Shown piece by piece: positions 12,677 to 25,200 of a stretch of 64,000 nucleotides of DNA. The stretch covers positions 186,001 to 250,000 of the forward strand of contig JAPDFW010000095.1 in NCBI GenBank assembly GCA_028826165.1, written 5' to 3'. The position numbers and the translations under genes were made by a program. Origin of the DNA: Anaeramoeba ignava BMAN. Its lineage: Eukaryota > Protista > Anaeramoebae. The notes under the pieces are model-generated. The model searched no databases and had not been told where the DNA came from. It saw only the letters and a list, made by a program, of their open reading frames with translations. Numbering within the stretch: the first letter of the stretch is position 1; every line of letters starts with the position of its first letter.

Positions 12677-13780
12677 ATGTTTCGTAAAAAAAAAGATAAA
12701 GAAAAACAAAAAAAAGAACCAAAAAAAAGAAGAAATACATTTTCTAAATTATTTTCTAAATCAAAAAAAACAACACAAATTGTTAATCCAAATGATATTA
12801 AAAATATTGAAGGAATAAATTATTCTCCTTTTCTTTCCAGATATAAAACACTTGTTGTTTGTTCGAAAGATGCAAAATTACCAAGTGATGTTGATTCAAA
12901 TTCAGATCAAAATCAAATTGAAAATTTAAATTCAAATTCAAATTCAAAAAAAACTGAAGAAAATTTAGAAAAAAAACAAACAAGTCAAGTTTTAAATCAA
13001 GGAATTAATTCTGAAGAAAAAACCAAGAATGGAAAAATTGGAATTGATTTAAACCAAGTTGATGTAAAATTGAAAATATTTTAATTTTGAATTTTAATTT
13101 TAATTTTAAAATGAATTTTAATTTTAATTTTAATTTTAATTTCAATATTAATTTTAATTTTAATTTTAATTTTGAATTTAATTTCAATTTTAATTTTAAT
13201 TTTAATTTTAATTTTAATTTTAATTTAATTTTGAATTTAATTTTAAAATGAATTTTAATTTTAATTTTAATTTTAATTTTCAAATGAATTTTAATTTATT
13301 TAGATAACTCAATTACAACAATTAACTTCAGCTTCTTTACTTTCTAAATTTTTTATCGAAAATTCAAGTGAAATTTTAGAAAAACAAGATAATTTTCAAG
13401 AGAATTTTTTATATTCAAAATTTATAACAAAATTTGATAATTTAACTCAAAATGAAGCAAAATTTATTAAAAATTGGATTGAAATTAGAAAAGAAGAAAT
13501 TTATCAAATAATCAAAAAATTTCCTCAACAAACAATTCTTTCATTTTTATTAATTGATCTTGTTAATTTTTTTGAAGAAGTTTCAACAGAATTTGGAAAT
13601 TTAGATCCAAAAGAAAAAAAAATTTTAGAACAAAAATTAATTCAATCTAAAATTAATAATGAATCTTTAAAATCTGATCAAAATAATAATAAATTATTGA
13701 ATTCTGAAGAAAAAATGCCAATTATTCCTCAAAGACCAACAAATCCAAATTGGTTTCAAGAAAAAATTGGAAAAAAATAA
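12677..13780 (+). CDS. Hypothetical protein; two exons (12677-13063, 13304-13780)
   Basis: Open frame resumes after a satellite-filled GT-AG phase-0 intron and runs to TAA at 13778-13780. No recognisable domain. Confidence 0.6.
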
Positions 13781-13810
13781 GAAATAATTTAAAAATTAAG
13801 AATTAAAATA

Positions 13811-14435
13811 AATTTGATGTAAAACAAGAAATTAAAAACAATTTTTTTTTGAGATTTTTAATTTTGAATTAAATTTGAATTAAATTTTGATAAATTTGAT
13901 GTAAAACAAGAAATTAAAAACAATTTTTTTTTGAGATTTTTAATTTTGAATTAAATTTGAATTAAATTTTGAATTAATTTGGATTAAATTTTGAATTAAA
14001 ATTTGAAATGAAATTGAATTAAATTTTGAATTAAATTTGAATTAAATTTTGAATTAAAATTTGAAATGAAATTGAATTAAATTTTGAATTAAATTTGAAT
14101 TAAAATTTGAAATGAAATTTTGAAAGAAATTTGGAAATGAAATTTGAATTAAATTTGAATTAAAATTTGGATTAAAATTTGAATTAAATTTGAATTAAAA
14201 TTGAAATGAATTTTGGATTAAAAATTGAATTAAATTTGAATTAAAATTTGAAATGAAATTTTGAAAGAAATTTGGAAATGAAATTTGAATTAAATTTGAA
14301 TTAAAATTTGGAAATGAAATTTGAATTAAATTTGAATTAAATTTGAATTAAAATTGAATTAAATTTTGGATTAAAATTTGAATTAAAATTTGAAATGAAA
14401 TTTGAATTAAATTTTGAATTAAAATTTGAATTGAA
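13811..14435. repeat. ~80-bp direct duplication followed by a (TTGAATTAAA(A/T))n satellite
   Basis: AAATTTGATGTAAAACAAGAAATT... occurs at ~13810 and ~13892, followed by 10-12 bp degenerate units. Confidence 0.8.
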
Positions 14436-14436
14436 A

Positions 14437-17400
14437 TTAATTAAGCTTTAAATAAGCTTGCGCTCTTTCAAATTCAAAAGAAAAACTTGAATTCTGATTT
14501 AATTGATAATAATCAGATGCATCTTCTAATTGAGATAAAATATCTGAATCAACCATTTGTTCATCAATCTGATCCAAATAAAAAAACTTAACTAAAACTT
14601 GAAGAGAAGAAATGGTTTTTCCACTATAATCAGATACTTTATTAGAAGAATCATTAACACTGAGAAACATTCCTCTAAAAAGTTCACTTCTTGCCATTAA
14701 AACTAATCGATGAACCTTAATTTCCTCATTATCACAAACAAGTGTAAAATCTTTTGTTTCTTCATCAGCAAATAAACTTCTTAAATCGTTTAAAATTCCA
14801 AACCGATTTTTTTTATTCAAAAACCAATCACTTGGTAATCCAATTTCATTTGCAAAATTTTCTTCAAATTTTTCTTCCTTTTTTGTTGGAATTCCTGAAT
14901 ATAAAAATTCCAAAAACATGAAAACTTCGTTCTTTGTTTTCTTTTCACAAATTTCACAAAATTTCTCTTGAATTTTTGGATCTGAACTTAATCTCCAGTT
15001 AATCATAAATTTATGAGCAGGAATTTCTCCTTCAATTGTTTGAAGTTTGTAATCTGATATCTCACTTAAGTTTAATAGACTTCTGAAATCATCACAAATT
15101 GTGTTATAAGTTGATAAAGTTTTTTGAAACCAATTCTATTTTAATAATTGATTTTTTTTTTGTTATTAAATTAAAAAACACTTTTTGTTTGTTTGTTTTT
15201 TTTCAAAAACGAATTGAAAATATTTTTGTTTACATGCTGATCAATTTTATCATATTTTATTCCAATTCTAGATAATTCTTTGCAAATATCCAATTTTTGA
15301 CTATTAAATGCTGAAGTGATTAAAGATTCCTAAAATTAAAATTCAAATTCAAATTAATATTAAAATCAAATTAATATTTATTTGAAAATTATAATTACAT
15401 ATTTTGGATCGTTTATATCTATTCCTGCTCTTATTAAACTGTTAACAAGAAAATGAGAATTTGATTGATTTCTCTTCATTACTAATCCTAAAGGAAATTC
15501 TTCCTGATAAAAAAAATCAAAAATCAAAAATCAAAAATCAAAAATCAAAAATCAAAATCGAAAATTAAAAAATTTACAAACTAAAATTCAATCAAAATAG
15601 AAAAAATATTATTTAAATATAAATAAGAATAAAAAATTTTTCTTCATTTTAAATGTTTTTTTTTTTTTTACTTTCTATTTATTTTTAAAAAAGTTCAAAT
15701 TAATTGGAAAACAAATGATTAATTTTTTCTTGTTTTTTTTTTATTTCTGAAAAAATGATAGAAATACATTCTTCGAGTTTATATCAACTCCCTTTTTAAT
15801 TAAAAATTCAACTTCCTTAAGTTTAACAGATGGATTTTTTAACAATTCATGAAGAAGTGAATCTTGCTAATTTTTTTATTTAATCAAAAGAAATCAAAAT
15901 TACTTTCTTTCTTTTTAAAGGAAAAAAAAAAGAAAAATTTACATTATCCTATTTAAAATTATAAAAATAATCTTAATAAAAACTAATTTTCACAATAATA
16001 ACATTTATTAATAATATTTATTTTTACAGAAAGACTTTTTGGAGAAACTCCTTGTTCTTCTAAATATAAAAACTCTTCTTCATTAATTCCGTTTTTAACT
16101 GAATAAAATAGAACATTTTTATTCTAAAAATGATTTAAAATTACAAAATCAAAACCAAATCAATTTTTTTTTCAATCTTGATTTTATTTCTTTACAGTCT
16201 AAAATAAATTTTTAAATTTTTAAATTTTAAATTTTAAAAATTCAATATAATTTTTACTGACTAAGTTTTTATAATTAAATTAAATTAAATTATCTTTAAT
16301 TTTCTTATTCTTTTTTTTATTTACATCAACAGATTTAAAATCATAACCAATTTCTTTTAATTTCTTTAAAAATTCAACTCCAAATTTCTTTTTGCAAACT
16401 TCAAATAATTCATCACACTAAATTTTACAAAAAGTTTAAATTAAAATAAAATAAATTTTAAAAGCAAAATAATATAATTTACTTTCTTTGAAGGTTTTGC
16501 TCCTTTTTCAATGAGAAAATTAATTACTTCCAAACTTGAATTTCCAAAAATTGCTAAACTAAAAGGTGTGGAACCCTAAAAAGTTTTTTTTGTTTTGGAT
16601 AAATCATTTAAAACTAAAATGAACTCAATAAAATTTACATTCTAAAATAAAAATCAATTGGAATTAAAAAAATATTAAGGAATTCATATTGATTTATTTA
16701 CAACCTTAATAAAAATAATAAGAAAATTTTTAATTCAATTTTAATTTATTTTTTTTTTCAAAATACTGAAGATTGATTGATAATTTCATCAGTTGTTAAT
16801 AAAGAAATAATTTCAAGTGAAGAACCATTTTCAGCTGCGAAATGAAGAGGATAATATCCCTAAAACAAAACAAAACAAAACAAAACAAATGAATTTTTTT
16901 TTTCAAAAAGAATTAAATTTTAATACTTACTTTCTAAATAATTTCAAAATTAAATAATTTCAAAATTAAATTAAATTAAATTAAATTTACAATCTTTTTT
17001 AAATAATTTCCCAAATAAATTAAAATTAAAATTAAAATTAAAATTAAAATTAAAATTAATTTTTTTTACTGTTGGAATTGTAATTTTTGCTCCTCTTTCA
17101 ATTAATAATTTGATTATTGGAAAACCTGATTTAAGTTCAATTGCATTATGAAGTGGAGTTCTTGACTAAAAAAATAATTGAAAATGAAAATTAAAATAAT
17201 AAAAATCAAAATTTAAAATTAAAATATTACTTTCTAAAATTTAATTCAAAATAAAAAAAGTAAAAATAATAAGTAAAATAAAGAAATATCAAAATAAATT
17301 CAAAGAAATTTACCATCTAAAAAAAATTCCAAATTAAAAAAAATTCCAAATTAAAAAAAATTCCAAATTAAAAAAATTTCCAAATTAAAAAAAATTCCAA

Positions 17401-17906
17401 ATTAAAAAATTTTTTTTTACATTTTTTGCATTTGGATCTGCACCTGCATCAAGTAAAATTTCAATAACTTCAATAGGAGGTCTAAATAAACAAGCATAAT
17501 GCAAAGGAGTCCAATTCTTTTATTTTATTTTTATTTATTTTTTTTTTAAATAAAATTTTTTTTTTCGAACTTTTTTATTAGAAAAATTTTTTACTTCCTA
17601 AATAAAGTTTTTTATAAATAAATTTTATTTATAAATAAATTATAATTTATTTATTTTTTACGTTCTAAAAAAAATTATTTATGAAATTGAAAATAAACAA
17701 TAAACCAAAATGGAAAAAAAATTAATAAAATTTATTTTGCAAACTCCCTATTAAAAAAATAAATTAAATAAAAAAACAATTTTTTTAATTAACTTCTTTT
17801 CTTTTTTTCTTTTTTTTACATAAGTTTCTTCAAAAACTTTTGGTTCTTTTAAAAATTCTTTAATTCCTTGAATATATTTTGAGCGAATTGCTTGAAAGAT
17901 TGACAT
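14437..17906 (-). CDS. Ankyrin-repeat plus tandem-BTB protein (~565 aa), 25 exons including thirteen 3-nt and one 6-nt micro-exon
   Basis: Large exons: 17820-17906, 17421-17516 (NWTPLHYAC...GADPNAKN), 17070-17165 (SRTPLHNAI), 16767-16859 (GYYPLHFAA), 16483-16575 (GSTPFSLAI), 16325-16417, 16028-16123, 15768-15866, 15399-15503, 15234-15329 and 14437-15135 (BTB motifs SDYKL...PAHKF and DFTLVC...VHRLVLMARSELFRGMF). All junctions are GT-AG and phase 0. Confidence 0.88.
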
Positions 17907-18054
17907 TTTAAAAAAATGAGAAAAATGAAAAATAAAAAAACAATTTTTTTGCTTTTTTTTTTTATATAAAATTGGTTTAAAAAAAAAACAAAAAAACAAA
18001 CTAAAAATAATCAAATCAAACTCAAAAAAATCAACTCAATTCAAGCAAACCAAT

Positions 18055-18420
18055 TTAATTCTAATTTTAATTCCAATTTATTTAATTTAATTCCAATTTA
18101 TTATTTAATATTTAATTTTATATTTAATATTTAATTCTAATTTTTAATTTTAATTTAATATTTAATTCTAATTTAATATTTAATATTTAATTTTAATTCC
18201 AATTTAATATTTAATATTTAATTTAATATTTAATTTAATATTTAATTCCAATTTTATATTTAATTTAATATTTAATATTTAATATTTAATTTAATATTTA
18301 ATTCCAATTTTAATTCCAATTTTAATTCCAATTTTATATTTAATTTTAATTCCAATTTTAATTCCAATTTAATATTTGATTTAATTCTAATTTAATATTT
18401 AATTTAATTCAAATTTAAAT
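18055..18420. repeat. Degenerate (TTTAATAT / TTTAATTCCAA)n satellite
   Basis: Low-complexity tandem units in the intergenic spacer. Confidence 0.75.
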
Positions 18421-18431
18421 TTGAAAATGTT

Positions 18432-21400
18432 TCAATTTGTTTTGGTTTTTTGTTCTTTTTTCTGATGATCAAAAGTATTATCAAAATTTAAAAGAGCACC
18501 ATAAGGAGCAGTAGAAATACCACATAAATTTTGGTCAGCAACAATTCTAGCAAAACCATTTTCACCCCAAAAATTTCCCCAAGAATTTTTAATAATCCAA
18601 AATTCTGTATCATTTTCAACACCATATCCAACAAGAAGAACAGCATGATTAAGATCATTCAAATTAGTTTTGCATTGAGAAGTATTATATATTCCTGATT
18701 TATAAAAGATAAAATCAAGGTTTGATGCATCCATCATTGTTGCTATTGGTCCAACTGAATAAATAAAATCAGATAATTTTGAAAATGTTGTATCTGGTAG
18801 ACTTAAAAGTTCTTTGATTTTGATTAAACTTGGTGTTTGTGGTGTTAGGCAATAACTTTCTATTCCAATATATGGAAATGTTGTACTTTCATCAATTCCA
18901 TTTTCTTGTATCCAAGCTAATGCATCTTGTGGCTTTTTTAAATATTAATTTTAATTTTCAAATGAATTTTAATTTTAATTTTAATTTAATTTTATAAATG
19001 AATTTTAAATTTTAATTTTAAATTTTAATTTTAATTTTAAATTTTAATTTTTAATTTTAATTTTAATTTTAATTTTAATTTTAATTTTAATTTTAATTTT
19101 AATTTTAATTATAATTTTAATTTTAATTTTAATTCCAATATTTAATTTTAATTATAATTATAATTATAATTTTAATTTTAATTTTAAAATGTACATATCC
19201 TCCTAAACAACTATCTGATAATGTAGATGAACAAGCAATTATAGTTTGTTCTGAAAAATCGATAAAAGTAGAAGTAGCAATTTTATAAGCACCTAAAACA
19301 ATAAAAACAATAAAAATAAAAATAAAATAAAAATAAAAACAAAAATAATAAAAATAATAAAAATAAAATAAAAAACCTTCAATAACTCCAGTAGTTGCAA
19401 AAGCCCAACCTGAAGCACACATTCCTTGATCTTCTGCTGGTGTTACTACATCAAAATCAGTCCAATTAAATGTTTCAGGTTTCCCTGGAATTACTTCAAC
19501 TGATTCAAATTGTTTTGTTTTCGAATCATCTTCTATTAAATGTTTTTTTGGATTTCCAAGAATTAATCTATTGATTTCCTCTTTTGACATATGAATAAAT
19601 TGATTTGGAGCCACTAATGATTTTGAATTTGATTTTGATTTTGAATTTGAATTTGAATTTAATTTTGAATTTGAATTTGAATTTGAATTTAAATTTTGAA
19701 TTTAATTTTGAATTTAATTTTGATTTTAATTTTGAATTAAATTTGAATTTGAATTTAATTTTAATTTTAATTTTAATTTAAATTTAATTTTGAATTTGAA
19801 TTTAAATTTGAATTTAATTTTGAATTTAATTTTGAATTTAATTTTGAATTTGAATTTAAATTTGAATTTGAATTTGAATTTGAATTTGAATTTGAATTTA
19901 ATTTTGAATTTAATTTTGAATTTAATTTTGAATTTGATTTTAATTTTAATTTTAATTTTAATTTTAATTTTAATTTTGAATTTAATTTTATAAATGAATT
20001 TTAAATTTATAAATGAATTTTAATTTTAATATTAATTTTCAAATGAATTTTAATTTTAATTTGAATTTAATTTTGAATTTGAATTTGAATTTGAATTTGA
20101 ATTTAAATTTGAATTTTAATTTTTAATTTAAATTTCAATTTCAAAATTCCTAACATTTAAAATTGGGATTATTTTTGTTATGTTCATCAATAAATTTCAA
20201 ATTTTCTTGTAAAATTTTTCCTCGAGAAAATAAAGATTCTTTTTCTTTTAAATTATTAATATCTAAATCAAGATTAGATAAACCAATTTTTTGAAGACTA
20301 GAAGATATCACTTCAAGAGGTATAGGAAATCTATCATCTTGTTGTAAAGAATATTCACAAGTATGATTAATTTGATCAGCGAATTCATCATTAACATTTG
20401 GCTTATTTATTAAATTTAAAATTTGAGTTTAAATTTTAATTTTAATTTTAATTTTTAATTTAATTTTGAATTTGAATTTAATTTAATTTTAATATAAATA
20501 TAAATATAAATATAAATATAAATATATAAATATAAATATAAATATAAATATAAATATAAATATAAATATAAATATAAATATAAATATAAATATAAATATA
20601 AATATAAATATAAATATAAATATAAATATAAATATAAATATAAATATAAATATAAATATAAATATAAATATAAATATAAATATAAATATAAATATAATTA
20701 TAAATATAAATATAAATATAAATATAAATATAAATATAAATATAAATATAAATATTTAAAATATAAATATAAATATAATTATAAATATAAATATAATTAT
20801 AATTATAATTATAATTATAAATATAAATATAATTATAAATATAAATATAAATATAAATATAATTATAAATATAAATATAAATATAAATATAAATATAAAA
20901 TATAAATATAAATATAAATATAAATATAAATATAAATAAATATAAATATAAATATAAATATTTAAATTAAATATAAATATAAATATAAATATAAATATAA
21001 ATATAAATATAAATATAAATATAAATATAAATATAAATATAAATATAAATATAAATATAAATATAAATATAAATATAAATATAAATATAAATATAAATAT
21101 AAATATAAATATAAATATAAATATAAATATTAATATAAATATAAATATAAATATAAATCTAAATCTAAATCTAAATATAAATATAAATATAAATATAAAT
21201 ATAATTATAAATATAAATATTTAAAATATAATTATAAAATTGAATTAAAATTGAATTATAAAATTGAATTAAAATTGAATTAATTTATCAATCATCTTAA
21301 ATCCTAATCCTTTGAATACTAAACAAATCATTAATAAAAAGAAATAACAAAAATATTCCAAAATAAAAAAACGAGAAAAAAGATACTTGATAAAGAAAAT

Positions 21401-22081
21401 ACTCCATAATATATATATCAAAATGAGTTTTTAAAAGACTATCATAACCATTGACAGCAAACCTAACAGGTAATCCTTGGTCATCAGAATAAAAAGTAAA
21501 GATACTAACTACATTCTGAATTGTGGTGTTCTTCTGCCACATACGTACTGGGAAACCACGTATGACTGTTGGCTGACCTTCTTCCCAATCTTCGTTGTAT
21601 AGATCGGGTAAGAACGGTAGCAATTCAAGAGTCCCAGAACTGTTTATTATTGAACACGTTACCGTGTCATTCATGATTCTCACTCGATATAACTGGTTAC
21701 TGTCGTTGCGAAGTAGGTCCGTTGCTATTGTGGTGCTGATGTCAAGCGAGTAATAATCAAAACGTTCATAAAAATTTTTTGAATTATAGTTGATTAAAAT
21801 TGGTTGGGTTATGTTCGCAGCAGGCATTCGCCAGAACGCTTTGATTCGATACTGTTTTTGTGATGTTATATTGTTTGTTTAATTGTTTGTTTTTGTTTTT
21901 TGTTTGTTATTTTTCAATCGTTTTTGTTCTTTTTTTTGTTTGAAAAATTTTTTCAGTTTTTTTTTTCGTTTTTTTTTTTTACTTTGTTTGGATAATTTGG
22001 AGGTGGTTGAGTTTTGCATAATAAATTAAGAAAGGAAATTAGCAAAAAAATATTAAAAAATGTATTATTTAAAGAATTCAT
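18432..22081 (-). CDS. Papain-family (C1A) cathepsin-L-like protein with a long N-terminal extension (26/29-kDa proteinase/CfaD architecture); catalytic Cys replaced by Gly
   Basis: Signal peptide from the ATG at 22081, then PPPNYPNK|[10 protein letters not shown]..., a degenerate I29 propeptide (NLKFIDEHN...APNQFIHMS), [39 protein letters not shown] and WIIKNSWG. About 6 exons. Confidence 0.85.
19620..20140. repeat. (TTTGAA/TTTTAA)n satellite in a cathepsin intron
   Basis: Tandem hexamers. Confidence 0.85.
20490..21235. repeat. (AAATAT)n satellite in a cathepsin intron
   Basis: Near-perfect hexamer tract. Confidence 0.95.
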
Positions 22082-22274
22082 TAAATTGAAGAAAAAAAAT
22101 GGAAAAATTAAATTAAAAAAAATTTAAATAAAAAATATAATTATTAGTCATTATTATTTATTTATTAGTAAAATATTTTTTTTTTTAATTTTTTTTTTTC
22201 ATTTTTTTTTTTTTGCTTTTTCTTTAATTTGTGTTTTTTTTTTTTTTTTAATTGATTAATTAATAAAAGCGAAA

Positions 22275-25200
22275 ATGATGTTTCTTAGTCATATAGCAAC
22301 ATCAACACCAATAGAACCGAGAAATGGTTTAAAATCTAAAACAAAATTCTTAATAAAATTTAATTTAAAATTCTAAATAAAATTATTAATAAAATTATAA
22401 ATAAAATTAATAATAAAATCTATAATAAAATTAATAATAAAATTAATAATAAAATTAATAATAAAATTAATAATAAAATTATTAATAAAATTATTAATAA
22501 AATTATTAATAAAATTAATAATAAAATTATTAATAAAATTAATAATAAAATTAATAATAAAATTAATAATAAAATTAATAATAAAATTAATAATAAAATT
22601 AATAATAAAATTAATAATAAAATTAATAATAAAATTAATAATAAAATTAATAATAAAATTAATAATAAAATTAATAATAAAATTAATAATAAAATTAATA
22701 ATAAAATTAATAATAAAATTAATAATAAAATTAATAATAAAATTAATAATAAAATTAATAATAAAATTAATAATAAAATTAATAATAAAATTATTAATAA
22801 AATTAATAATAAAATTAATAATGAAATCTAAAATAATTTAATAATAAAATTTAATTTAAAATTCTAAATAAAATTAATAATAAAATTAATAATAAAATTA
22901 ATAATAAAATTAATAATAAAATTAATAATAAAATTATTAATAAAATTAATAATAAAATTAATAATAAAATTATTAATAAAATTATTAATAAAATTAATAA
23001 TAAAATTAATAATAAAATTAATAATAAAATTATTAATAAAATTAATAATAAAATTATTAATAAAATTATTAATAAAAATTAATAAAAATCTATAATAAAA
23101 TTAATAATAAAATTAATAATAAAATTAATAATAAAATTAATAATAAAATTAATAATAAAATTAATAATAAAATTAATAATAAAATAATAAAATTATTAAT
23201 AAAATTAATTAATAAAATTAATAATAAAATTAATAATAAAATTAATAATAAAATTAATAATAAAATTATTAATAAAATTAATAATAAAATTAATAATAAA
23301 ATTAATAATAAAATTAATAATAAAATTAATAATAAAATTAATAAAATTAATAAAATTATTAATAAATTTAATAATAAAATTAATAATAAAATTAATAATA
23401 AAATTAATAATAAAATTATTAATAAAATTATTAATAAAATTAATAATAAAATTAATAATAAAATTAATAATAAAATTAATAATAAAATTAATAATAAAAT
23501 TAATAATAAAAATTAATAATAAAATTAATAATAAAATTAATAATAAAATTATTAATAAAATTAATAATAAAATTAATAATAAAATTAATAATAAAATTAA
23601 TAATAAAATTAATAAAATTAATAATAAAATTAATAATAAAATTAATAATAAAATTAATAATAAAATTAATAATAAAATTAATAATAAAATTAATAATAAA
23701 ATTAATAATAAAATTAATAATAAAATTAATAATAAAATTATTAATAAAATTAATAATAAAATTAATAATAAAATTAATAATAAAATTAATAATAAAATTA
23801 ATAATAAAATTAATAATAAAATTAATAATAAAATTAATAATAAAAATTAATAATAAAATTAATAATAAAAATTAATAATAAAATTAATAATAAAATTAAT
23901 AATAAAATTAATAATAAAATTAATAATAAAAATTAATAATAAAATTAATAATAAAATTAATAATAAAATTATTAATAAAATTAATAATAAAATTATTAAT
24001 AAAATTAATAATAAAATTAATAAATAAAATTAATAATAAAATTAATAATAAAATTAATAATAAAATTAATAATAAATTTATTAATAAAATTAATAATAAA
24101 ATTAATAATAAAATTAATAATAAAATTAATAATAAAATTAAAAATTAATAATAAAATTAATAATAAAATTAATAATAAAATTAATAATAAAAATTAATAA
24201 TAAAATTAATAATAAAATTAATAATAAAAATAATAATAAAATTAATAATAAAATTAATAATAAAATTAATAATAAAATTAATAATAAAATTAATAATAAA
24301 ATTAATAATAAAATTAATAATAAAATTAATAATAAAATTAATAATGAAATTAATAATAAAATTAATAATAAAATTAATAATAAAATTAATAATAAAATTT
24401 ATAATAAAATTAATAATAAAATTTAATTTAAAATTAATAATAAAATCTAAAATAATTTAATAATAAAATTCTTAATAAAATCTAAAATAATAAAATTTAA
24501 AATTAATAATAAAATTAATAATAAAATTAATAATAAAATTAATAATAAAATCTAAAAATAATTTAATAATAAAATTCTTAATAAAATCTAAAATAAAATA
24601 ATTTAAAATTAATAATTATTTTATTTAGATTCTGGAGTTTTAATTAATTTCCCACATACATCAAGTAGAGATATTGAACAAATTGTCGTTAATGTTCTTC
24701 TTGATGTTGAAAATGCTAGAAAAATTTTAACAAGTACTTTTCATATTAAATGGGCAATGGAAGTAGTTGGTCATTCTTTTTCTCTTCCCATTGAAGAACA
24801 TCAAATTATTAAAGGAGCAATTCAAATTTATGAACGTTGGTTAATGGGAACACAAGTACCTGAAGCTTTTCGTGAACTTGAAAACTTTTTTTATCGAGTT
24901 TGTTTTTCAAAAAAAAATTTATCAAAAATTTCATCAAAAAAAAATTTAAAGGAAATTTTTGGTCACATGTCATTAATTTTTGCACCAAGAAGAGATATTC
25001 CACAAAATTTAGTTGAAAAACATATTGAAGTTTGCAAAAGTGTCATTTCAATATACCAAAAAATGGTTACAGAAAGATCTGAATTATTAACAACAGAAAC
25101 ATGGGAATATTTATTAAATGTTCTTCTTGGAATAACAGATTCAATTCTTGCAAACGAAGGAACAACAACAGAGCCACAACTAACAACAATTTTAACGCCT

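Noticed and set aside
15904-15906. Another AG|AAA|GT candidate micro-exon in the ankyrin gene
   Set aside because: It would need a 36-nt upstream intron, shorter than any other here, and would add a third residue where the 6-nt exon already gives two. It remains possible only as a rare alternative.
17751-18014. 87-aa stand-alone ORF
   Set aside because: Only 17820-17906 is coding (exon 1 of the ankyrin-BTB gene); the rest is UTR or intron.
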